Part shown: in pieces, positions 15,086-25,665 of the stretch
How the letters are laid out: the number at the start of each line of letters is the position of its first letter
Numbering within the stretch: the stretch's first letter is position 1
Source: the human T2T-CHM13v2.0 reference genome, Homo sapiens
Assembly (NCBI RefSeq): GCF_009914755.1
Contig: NC_060935.1
Reading direction: 5' to 3' (one strand)
Length of the DNA: 64,000 nt
Notes under the pieces: generated by a model
Told to the model about the DNA's origin: nothing
Database searches by the model: none
The model's input: only the letters and a program-made list of their open reading frames with translations
Made by a program: the position numbers and the translations under genes

Positions 15086-15581
15086 CTTGACTCTCCTTAG
15101 CCAAAACTATTTGCCTAAAAGGTCTTAGGGTTTCTCATGCAACTCAATAGAAGAGACTTTGACCACAAAGTTTTTTGGATAGATAGTTCTGGTTCTGGCA
15201 GGCTAAAAATGAATGCTAGTGACAAATTACATATTCGGAGAAAGGCTGTACTAGTGTCACATAATTTAACAAGTCTCAGAGTGTCTCACACTTCAAAATG
15301 ATCTTTCACTTTCAGGAAATGCCGCTGGTATGAAAATTCTGCCATTATGAAATTACGTGAAGAATGAGCCCTTTTAGAGCTCTGGGTATGTGAAGTTCCA
15401 GATCATTGACATATATCCACCCACCCAATCCTCTCAGTAATGGTGGGAGATAGATATCAGCATTTCATGTTACAGATGACAAATCTAAGGCTTGAAGCAG
15501 TTAATAATTTTCTTAGAGTCTTGTGGGCATCTGTCAGGGAGCCAGAACCAGATATGGAGGAGTCCAAAATCATATTCTCTT

Positions 15582-17796
15582 TTTTTTTTTTTTTTTATTG
15601 ATCATTCTTGGGTGTTTCTCGCAGAGGGGGATTTGGCAGGGTCACAGGACAATAGTGGAGGGAAGGTCAGCAGATAAACAAGTGAACAAAGGTCTCTGGT
15701 TTTCCTAGGCAGAGGACCCTGCGGCCTTCCGCAGTGTTTGTGTCCCTGGGTACTTGAGATTAGGGAGTGGTGATGACTCTTAACGAGTATGCTGCCTTCA
15801 AGCTTCTGTTTAACAAAGCACATCTTGCACTGCCCTTAATCCATTTAACCCTGAGTGGACACAGCACATGTTTCAGAGAGCACAGGGTTGGGGGTAAGGT
15901 CACAGATCAACAGGATCCCAAGGCAGAAGAATTTTTCTTAGTACAGAACAAAATGAAAAGTCTCCCATGTCTACCTCTTTCTACACAGACACGGCAACCA
16001 TCCGATTTCTCAATCTTTTCCCCACCTTTCCCCCCTTTCTATTCCACAAAACCGCCATCGTCATCATGGCCCGTTCTCAATGAGCTGTTGAGTACACCTC
16101 CCAGACGGGGTGGTGGCCGGGCAGAGGGGCTCCTCACTTCCCAGTAGGGGTGGCCGGGCAGAGGCGCCCCTCACCTCCCGGACCGGGCGGCTGGCCGGGT
16201 GGGGGGCTGACCCCCCCACCTCCCTCCCGGACGGGGCGGCTGGCCGGGCGGGGGGCTGACCACCCCCAACTCCCTCCCGGACGGGGCGGCTGGCCGGGCG
16301 GGGGGCTGACCCCCCCACCTCCCTCCCGGACGGGGCGGCTGGCCGGGCAGAGGGGCTCCTCACTTCCCAGTAGGGGCGGCCGGGCAGAGGTGCCCCTCAC
16401 CTCCCGGATGGGGCGGCTGGCCAGGCGGGGGGCTGACCCCCCCCTCCCTCCCGGATGGGGCGGCTGGCCAGGCGGGGGGCTGACCCCCCCCAACTCCCTC
16501 CTGGACGGGGCGGCTGGCCGGGCAGAGGGGCTCCTCACTTCCCAGTAGGGGCGGCCGGGCAGAGGCGCCCCTCACCTCCCGGATGGGGCGGCTGGCCCGG
16601 CGGGGGGCTGACCCCCCCACCTCCCTCCCGGACGGGGCGGCTGGCCGGGCGGGGGGCTGACCCCCCCACCTCCCTCCCGGACGGGGCGGCTGGCCGGGCG
16701 GGGGGCTGACCCCCCCACCTCCCTCCCGGGCGGGGCGGCTGGCCAGGCAGAGGGGCTCCTCACTTCCCAGTAGGGGCGGCCGGGCAGAGGCGCCCCTCAC
16801 CTCCCGGACGGGGCGGCTGGCCAGGCGGGGGGCTGACCCCCCACCTCCCTCCCAGACGGGGTGGCTGCCGGGCGGAGACGCTCCTCACTTCCCAGACGGG
16901 GTGGCTGCCGGGCAGAGGGGCTCCTCACTTCTCAGACGGGGCGGCTGCTGGGCGGAGGGGCTCCTCACTTCTCAGACAGGGCGGTTGCCAGGCAGAGGGT
17001 CTCCTCACTTCTCAGACGGGGCGGCCGGGCAGAGACGCTCCTCACATCCCGGACGGGGCGACAGGGCAGAGGCGCTCCCCACATCTCAGACGATGGGTGG
17101 CCGGGCAGAGACGCTCCTCACTTCCTAGATGGGATGGCAGCCTGGAAGAGGCGCTCCTCACTTCCTAGATGGGATGGCGGCTGGGCAGAGACGCTCCTCA
17201 CTTTCCAGACTGGGCAGCCAGGCAGAGGGGCTCCTCACATCCCAGACGATGGGCGGCCAGGCAGAGACGCTCCTCACTTCCCAGACGGGGTGGCGGCCGG
17301 GCAGAGGCTGCAATCTCGGCACTTTGGGAGGCCAAGGCAGGCTGCTGGGAGGTGGATGTTGTAGCGAGCCGAGATCATGCCACTGCACTCCAGCCTGGGC
17401 ACCATTGAGCACTGAGTGAAGGAGACTCCGTCTGCAATCCCGGCACCTCGGGAGGCCGAGGCTGGCGGATCACTCGCGGTTAGGAGCTGGAGACCAGCCC
17501 GGTCAACACAGCGAAACCCCGTCTCCACCCAAAAAATACGAAAACCAGTCAGGCGTGGCGGCGCGCGCCTGCAATCGCAGGCACTCGGCAGGCTGAGGCA
17601 GGAGAATCAGGCAGGGAGGTTGCAGTGAGCCGAGATGGCAGCAGTACAGTCCAGCTTCGGCTCGGCATCAGAGGGAGACGGTGGAAAGAGGGGAGAGGGA
17701 GAGGGAGGGGGAGGGGGAGGGGGAAAGGGAGAGGGCCAAAGTCATATTCTCTTAAACAGATATTGGAGAGGGAGAGGGAGAGGGAGAGGGAGAGGG
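15582..17796 (-). mobile_element. Full-length SVA (SVA_D-like), antisense to NAV2
   Basis: On the + strand: poly-T to 15596, SINE-R 15597 to about 16095, GC-rich VNTR about 16096-17300, Alu-like domain about 17300-17680, (GAGAGG)n hexamers 17687-17735 and 17766-17796. About 18-bp TSD ccaRaRtcatattctctt; L1-EN-like nick TCTT/AA. Inserted into a MIR. Confidence 0.97.
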
Positions 17797-20159
17797 CCAG
17801 AGTCATATTCTCTTAAACAGATATTGTCACCTAATAATTGTGGGCAAGAGGTAATGTGGGAAGCCAATGTCAGTCCCTTCTGTCTTGGTGTGAATTTGTT
17901 TATCAGCATCTTTTCAAGAAAGAGGTTGTGGAGAAGTAAGCATGACATCAGGTTACGGAGAAGGCCCAGATTCCTGGAGAGCTGTGCTTGAGAGGAAAGC
18001 CTGGAGGAGGAAACGGAAAGCAGATAAGCCTGTTCGATTCTCTGTTTCACCAGGGGCCAACCCAAGACACAGCTTTGGAATGTCCTGTCCTTAGAACTGT
18101 TGCCCAGGGCCACTCATGCCTAAAATTACAACACAGTAATAAAAACTACCGGTTGTTGGGCACATATTAAACATCACGAATATATCCTCTTGTCTAATGA
18201 CAACCACCACCCTAGGGGGTAGGTGTTATAATGACCATTTTATAGATCAGGCCACTGGGGTAATTGCTGAGCATCATCATTTAGTAAATGCCAGAAACAA
18301 GATTTGAATCCAGACTTGTCTGAACCTAAAGCCTGTGTTACATCCTCTAAATATCACTCCTTAGCCCTAATCATTCCCCTTTTGTGTTTGTGTCCAGCTT
18401 CTAGCTTGATGATTCCTTTTGGAAGTGCTAGGAAGTTTTAAGGAGAGTCACTCTGAAATTGTAGCAAGAGAAAGCATACACAGAATGGAATACTGATTGA
18501 ATGCACACAAAGGTATCCTTGGGCCTTTCTGACACTAGTCACCAGTGGAATTTTTCCTCTCATAGGGTCTACCATCTCTAAAAGAGAACAGAGTTCAGCC
18601 ATATGAGTATCTTATGGGAGCCTCCAGAGTAAGGATAGACTTCTAGAACTTTAGCTACAACTCCCCTCCCAGGTTGCTTTCTTTGTTTCAAGGGAAAAAT
18701 TGAGAAGTTGGAAAATAATAGGAAAAAATATTCTAGGCACTTGGAAGCAAAGTGGAAAAAGATAGTCACTGGAGGAATTTGAGAATCTTGCTTTCAATTT
18801 TTTCTCTAGAGATAATTTTTTTTTGTATCCATATGGACTTACCCATTTGCTGTAAAGCAGAGAAACTCTTAAAAAGTTTTTTAAAAAGGGAATTTTTGAC
18901 AACATCTTGGAAAGCTGAAGTTATAAATATTATAAACAGTATGGTGGATAACACTGCCAAATTAAAGGCAGGAGCTGGGCAAGGTGGAAAAGCAGGAGGA
19001 GAAGCAGTCTGGCATAGGGACTCATAAGCTGTGTCCAGCCCGTGATTCCCACATTCTTAAGCTTTCCTGTTTCAAAGCCACCATGAGAGCTTGAGCCGGC
19101 TTGCTGTAAACGTTGATGCTTGAATAGCCAAAGCTGGGACAGAGTCACGGAGCCCCTCTTATGACAGGACGAAGTTGGCTTTCTTTATACATCAGCCTGA
19201 GTAGCTTACATTACAGAAGGGCAGGCCCTGATGCTCCCGAATATTTCCATACCTAGGAGAATTGGAAGCACCACCATGTGTTTCCCTCATTTCTGAGGTC
19301 CGCTTCTAAAATTAAAACTGTAGTGTCAGGACCCCGCAAGCTCTGCCCTATGGAGCTGTGCATCTCCAGGACCACACTGTGCTGCATAAGACATGTGATC
19401 TTGTGAGGTTGCTAGGCCCCCAACACTGATACAGGTGGACAAAAAAAAGAAGGTGGGTAAATCGTGCATAAGGCTGTGACCTCTAGGAGTATAGAGGAAA
19501 GAGACAGATAACACTACAAGACAGACATTTAGGAGGGCATTTCCCTAAAGTTCATTTTGCTTTTTGGTTTGGTTTCATAGTTTTTTTCTTCTTTTTTAGT
19601 TTTGGAAAGAGACAGAGGAAGGGGTATTAGAAGGACGTGGAGACCTCTTAGATATGGAACAGACATTTCTGGTACATGTGACCACAAATGTTGATATCTG
19701 CCTCCCATCCCACCCCTTCTTTGTGACCAGCCTAGAAGCCACCTTGAGGCCACTGTTTGACCCATCCCCAACATGAAACAGCCCATCCTCCAGCTTTCAG
19801 ATAGGAAGGACTTGGCTGGGCTGCTACTTCCATGGTAATGGGGCAGGTCGAGGTACTGACAAGACTTCCCAAGGAATGAAGAGACCCTTGCTTTCGCTCC
19901 TTCTCCATGTCAACTCCTTTATGTGGTCAACATGCCCCAATGTGGCCCCATTTACTCTTGTCAAGGGACCTCTCATTGCCCTTCTCCCTTGCCTGCCATG
20001 CTCCAGCCATTATGACTTTTTTTGGGTTCCAGAATGTGGTATATTGCATCCTGTATGGAGTCTTTTAGCTTTAGATTCCCTAGGCTTGGTAGGTTCTTAT
20101 TCTCCCCACTCTTGGTGCCTGGCTAACTCCTTAGGTCTCAGCACAAATTTCTCTTTATT

Positions 20160-20600
20160 CCTTCAGTAAACAAATATTCTTGAGTAGATCTATTATGTGC
20201 TGCACCCTATCCTAGGTGCTTGGGGCTACATCAGTGAGCAAAGCAGACAAAAAACCCTATCCATGGACCTATGTGCTGCCTCTTCCTTAAGAAATTCTTG
20301 TCTGTTACCCTCCCCTTGGCCCTGCTGCACCCATAGGCTAGATTAGGTCTTCCTTCCTGTGTACACGTTCCCAACACTCTTCTCTTTCACAGTAACCATA
20401 ACAGCTTGTCATCATATACTTATTTGTGCTTTCTTTATTAAATGCTGGTTTCCCTGCGTTAGACTGTAGGTTCTACAAGGTTGGGGATTATGTCTGTTTT
20501 ATTCACCACTATATACTCAACACCAGCACATTGCTTGACACCCAGTAGGTGCTGAGTAAATAGGGGTGAAGGAATAGATAAATGAATGGGTGACAATTAC
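20160..20600. mobile_element. L2 fragments
   Basis: tagactgtaggttctacaagg...ttattcaccactata...cagtaggtgctgagtaaata...gaatagataaatgaatg, plus an oppositely oriented piece near 20160-20270. Confidence 0.65.
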
Positions 20601-22603
20601 TTTTGATGGCAAATAGCAATATCAGGTATGAGGGTCCCACACACTTCTGGGAGGAAGTTGAGTTGACATATGAGTTTTATGAAGAAGCTACACTGTGCTT
20701 CCAAAGTCACCAGAACTTGCAGGTTCTCACTTAGCCTTGCCTGGGGTCTAAAGCTCCTACTGCCTAAGCTTTAGGCATTTCATGATTTACAAAAATGGTT
20801 GTGACCATGCCTGACTTTAATGCAGCAGCTGTTTGCCTCTCCTTCCAGACTGGAGATTTCCCAAGGGGCTTGGCAAAAAACTATTAAACCATAAGAACTA
20901 CAGTTCCATTTATTTGGTATGCCCAGAATGTCATCTTCCCCTAGGCTGTGGTAGCACCCATAGAGATGGTCTTCCTTTGCATTAATTATTTTCATGCGCT
21001 TTGCACTCAGCTACACTGGTATTCGGAGAAAAATGCTGCCATGACAACTGCCACAACAGATGGTATTTGATCAGTCTCTAAGCTACCAGGGAGATATATA
21101 GCAGTGCTTCCGAGGTTTGCATATTTTACGTTATCAGGAGACCCAAGTCCAGCCTTAATCATGATTGAAATGCAAAGTTTTCCATTTGCTTCCTATCTCC
21201 TGATTCTCTTTCCAGTTGTTTGGCATTTGTTTTGATTTTTCTAACTCCCTGGCTCTCCTTGGTGGGGAAATACTTCAGGATATGGGAGACAAAGGCTGCA
21301 ACACAGCCCATGGAAGTTGCCCTGCAAGTCTAAAGGTCAGGGACTGTTGAGAAACTAAACTTTGGGATGGCAGTCTCAGCTGAGATTGGCAGAAAGGCTT
21401 AATTGCAGCCTCTCTCATGGATGTTCAGGCACTGCACAAGGTGGAGGCCACATTTGGCTCCAAACAAAGGGAATTCTGGGGAGGTGCATCCTGGTCTGCC
21501 CCTTTTCTTTACCTCCATCCTTCACTCAACACCTCTCTGCTCCCGGAGTCTCCAAGCCACATGGTAGTCCCTCTCCTGGGTTTCCCCCTCTACCCCAGCT
21601 AATGCTGCAAATTCCAGGAACTCAGTCCCAGAGCTCTTGGACCCATTTCTATGGCAACAACTACAATAGCTTCTCACCCAGTCCCCAGCCCCCTTCAAAA
21701 ACACTGGAATGTCAGACTTCATACAGATTTTTTTCAGCTAATTTTGGAAAGTAGTTTATATTGGCCACTACATGCTAATGAACAAGTTTGGTCTTATTTA
21801 CATACTTTGCTATTTAAGAGTCTTTTCTTTCACTCTGCCTCCCAACTTTAATCAGATCCTCATCTCATGCTGTGTGTCTGGATCACACATAAGTCTTGTT
21901 AAAGATGGGCACGAGGACATCATTGTGCTGTAATGACTACTGGGGTGCTGCTGCTGGGGCTGTTCCCCTCTTGAGGTGTGGTAGGAGTTTGCAGTTTCAA
22001 CAGTACATGAAGATGGATTGTGTTTACCTGTGCAGTATTTAGAAGAAAACCTTAAGGTGAATTTTAATCACAAGAGGGCCTGGATCAAAGAAACAATCTC
22101 CCTTTCTGATCTCCTTCCAAATGAAGCCAGGAGGTTGGAAGCCACATCTGACCCCATTCTGCTTCCCAGCCTCACTCTCTTCCTGGGGTGCAGATGAAAG
22201 AGCGTGGGTCTCGGCCGCCTTGTCAGGAGTGATTTTTAACCTTAATGGAATATTATTAAAGAGTGGATTTCAGACTTGAGGAATGTTTTTTGAACTCCTT
22301 CTGTGAACAGAGAAATCATAGTAGAAGGGAAAAATTCAAGGCACTTGATGGACTTACGAATGATCTTTTAAATAATGACAAAGTTCTAGTTTTAACATCT
22401 TCTGGAGTGCAGACCAGCCATCTGGTTTTGGCTCCCTGTATTTCATCTCTTTAGAAGAAAACAATGGTGCCCTCAGGCCTTCCCTGTTCACCTAATAAAG
22501 GAAGATCCTAATGCCTCTCTTGTCTATGTGCTCTGATTCTCTGAGAAAGACAGGAATCAAGGTGTGTGTTGAATGGCACTGTGGACCCTAGAGAAGGATT
22601 ATC

Positions 22604-22761
22604 TAAATTCAGGCTCCTATGTATGACAGGGAGGAGGACCTCCTGGTTTCTCACCCAGCTCTGCCATTGACATTGACCTGTGTAATCTTGGTCAAAAATC
22701 TGACTTCCTTACCTCACTTTCTGTATCACGTAATACTTGCTAAAACCAACACCATCCAAAG
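22604..22761 (+). repeat. 158-bp dispersed direct duplication, copy A
   Basis: About 11 mismatches versus 23959-24116, no gaps. Confidence 0.92.
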
Positions 22762-22841
22762 AATTGAGTGCCATGCTGGCACAGAGCAGACATCTACACA
22801 ATGATGTTGACTGAATGAATGCTTGAAATAATCCTATAACT

Positions 22842-23062
22842 CAGGGCTTCTCAATCTCAGCACTGTTGATGTTTTGGACTGGACAGTTCTTTGTTGTGAG
22901 AAGCTGTACTGTGCATTGTAGGATGTTTAGCTACATCTTGGCCTCTATCCATAAGATGCGAGTAGTACCCTGCTCCCATTGTGACAGCCCCAAACGCTGC
23001 CAGACATTGACAAATTGGTCCCTCACCTCCACCCTCCATCCCTAGCCAGTGGAGAACTACTG
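22842..23062. mobile_element. MER20 (hAT-Charlie)
   Basis: ttctcaatctcagcactgttgatgttttggactgg...gtgcattgtaggatgtttagc...ccagacattg...gagaactactg. Confidence 0.85.
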
Positions 23063-23958
23063 ATCAAAATTATAAAATTCTGTGAAAAAAATGACAGGAC
23101 TTTAAAAAGTTAACAAAGAAGAAGTATTCGGGTAACTTATTTATAATTATTCATTCTTTTAATAGAATCGGACATTAAAAGAAAGTCCAGCAGATGGCTG
23201 AATTGAAATGTATCAAGGCTAGCCTTGCAAACAGACACTATCATGTACTTTAAATGATGCTGTATGTGTTGAATGTTCCATAAATATAAGTAATGTACTT
23301 TATGCTTCTTGGAATGTGAGTTCTATAGAAATAGTGTTGTAGTAGAGCAGTGCTTTTCTTGAATATGTTGGTGGTTGTCTTTATTTTTTTCTTCAGTGCC
23401 ATATTGCTGGACTATTGCTGAAAAATCTTAACCTACCTCGTCAGCCCACCTCCGTGACACTTCCCAGAATAAATATCGAGTGTACTATTTTTGATTTTGC
23501 AATAAGAGATTCCGGGATGGTGAGCTTTTTCTTTTTCTCACTTTCCATGGGGACATAATTGCCAAAGCCTCACTCACCAGCCATGTGCAAGATATTATAT
23601 AAAAGAAGTAGGAGAGAATGATAGGAAAAGGCAAGCAGTAGAAGAGAGATTTTATAATTTTATTATTATTTAAATACTAGTGTCTCTTTTGGGGGGCAAC
23701 AAGTCCTTTTGAGTGGATTTGGTATATTACCACTGTGTACAAAAGTAGAAATAAGGACTGATAGTTAACATTTGTTCTCAAAAGCAGGGTTTCATGGTAT
23801 GGTGAGGTGGCATTTAGAGACACAACTGTTATTGCACTTACAAATGGGAGCAGATTGCTCCAAGACATCACACACAGGGTACTCCCAGCCAGTATTGTGT
23901 TTACTTTCCCCTCCCTCATTCCCTCTAAGCCAATAGCACCTGGTTGTCTGCATTTATG

Positions 23959-24116
23959 TAAATGCAGGCTCCTGTGTATAACAGGGAAGAGGACCTCCTG
24001 GTTTCTCACCCAGCTCTGCCATTGACATTGACCTGTGTAATCTTGGTCAGAAATCTGACCTCCTTACTTCACTTTCTCTATCACATAATATTTGCTAAAA
24101 CCAACACCATCAAAAG
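23959..24116 (+). repeat. 158-bp dispersed direct duplication, copy B
   Basis: Matches 22604-22761; spacing 1355 bp. Confidence 0.92.
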
Positions 24117-25592
24117 TGGTCATCCACGGGGCTGGACAGAGGACAGGAAAGATGAAAAGAAAACTCACCTTTCCTCCATGTGTATAAGAAAGGACTTTCT
24201 GCAATGATGAAAGGCATAACGCATAGCATCAACATTTAGTTTGCAGCAAATTGCATTCTGCACCTTTTTCTAGAGATGAGAAAATGTCTTCCAGATGAGG
24301 ACCCTTGAAGTGTGAGATGGAGGTTGGAAAGGAGATGGGAACCTATGCTAAAAATGCAAGGATGGAGTAACTTCAAGCTCAGGGTTGAGTAGAGTGTATA
24401 TTATGGGTGCAGTTTTATTCAGGTATCCCATAGCTTAATTTAAAGCACTTGGAAGATGTGAAGACTGGGAGTAGATAAGTCATAAAATGCCAAATGTCAA
24501 TAGGTGGGTGGATGTGAACTTTGGGAAGACTGCCTTGGAGCTAGACGCTACTCAAATTAGAGCTCCTAAGTGTAGACACTTTACATTTTCTGTGGCTGTG
24601 AAGGAGCATTGGGAAATTGCTTGGAGTTGAAGAAACGAGAAGGGTCACATGTATACTGTGGAAGGCAATCATTTATTAGTTCAAAATAAATTCCATGGGT
24701 TAAATACTGATTTGAGTTCATAGGAATGTTGACGGAACCTGGGAAGTAATGAGGGGTGGGGTGATTGTGGAGGGGAATGAGTGGGGTCCCCATTGTGAAA
24801 TGCAAATTGTGTGAAATTCAAAGACCTCTGTGCCAAGTCTAAAGCAATTTCTTTTACTTATGGTACCCGTTGACATTAATCAAGCCAGAACATTTTCCTT
24901 TAAACCAAAAAACAATTAGCCCTGACAACTGAAGTAAAATTAGCTTCTTGGGAATGACCTAATTGTTCTTTTGGGAAGGCTGGACACTGGCTTGCCCTTG
25001 GCTGTGGTGTCAGCCCTGGCAAACCTGGCAGATCTCACAGACTCTCGTGGGTCCTTTCTTGCCACAGAAAGCACAAAGGACAGAGGGGTTCAGGAGGTCA
25101 CAGCCCTCCCCAGTCATTTGCAATGCCTGCCATCCGGAGAATTTTGTGAGTAAATGCTACCCAGATTCCTGCGAAAACTCCCATTCACTGTTGGTACATT
25201 TGACTGCCTGCCTCTTTGGTGGCTGGAAATTTCTCCCAGCTGCTGGTAGATGGGTGTGTCCACTAACCCTTTCCCCACCTCCATTTTTCTGGCAACTGCT
25301 CAAGTTTTCAGGATTGCACTGGTGGTGACAGTGATCAAGATGAGAGCTCCCATTCCACCCTGGTTATTTTTGGCGGCTGTGAGCAATGCAAGACCTCAAC
25401 TTTTGGCACTATGTGGTTGGGATATTAGGTAACCTTTTTCCTGTGCAAGTACAGACAAAAGAGAGTGTCCTATCTTGGCGTTCGTTCATCGGCCGTTTTT
25501 ACAGCATTCTGTTTTCCCATTGTTCCTCATAAGAGATGGCTCTGGAGAGGCTGAACATTTATTAAGTATATATTGTTGTTTTTCCCTCCTAG

Positions 25593-25665
25593 ATTGAAAA
25601 CATAGATGCCTGCTTGAATTTCCTGGCAGCTAAGGGAATAAACATCCAGGGGCTGTCTGCAGAAG
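25593..25665 (+). CDS. NAV2: NAV2 internal coding exon (73 nt), calponin-homology domain: IENIDACLNFLAAKGINIQGLSAE
   Basis: Acceptor tttttccctcctag ends at 25592 and donor G|gtgagt starts at 25666. 24 codons + 1 nt. The peptide is recognisable as neuron-navigator CH domain and joins in frame (G+AG=E) to exon 36562. Confidence 0.95.

Noticed and set aside
16096-17300. Regularly repeated units resembling a CRISPR array or CpG-island promoter
   Set aside because: SVA VNTR: tandem degenerate units with no unique spacers, in a eukaryotic context.
15767-17991. Many overlapping GC-rich ORFs (up to 167 aa)
   Set aside because: All lie in the SVA SINE-R, VNTR, Alu-like or hexamer regions; low-complexity repeat artefacts.
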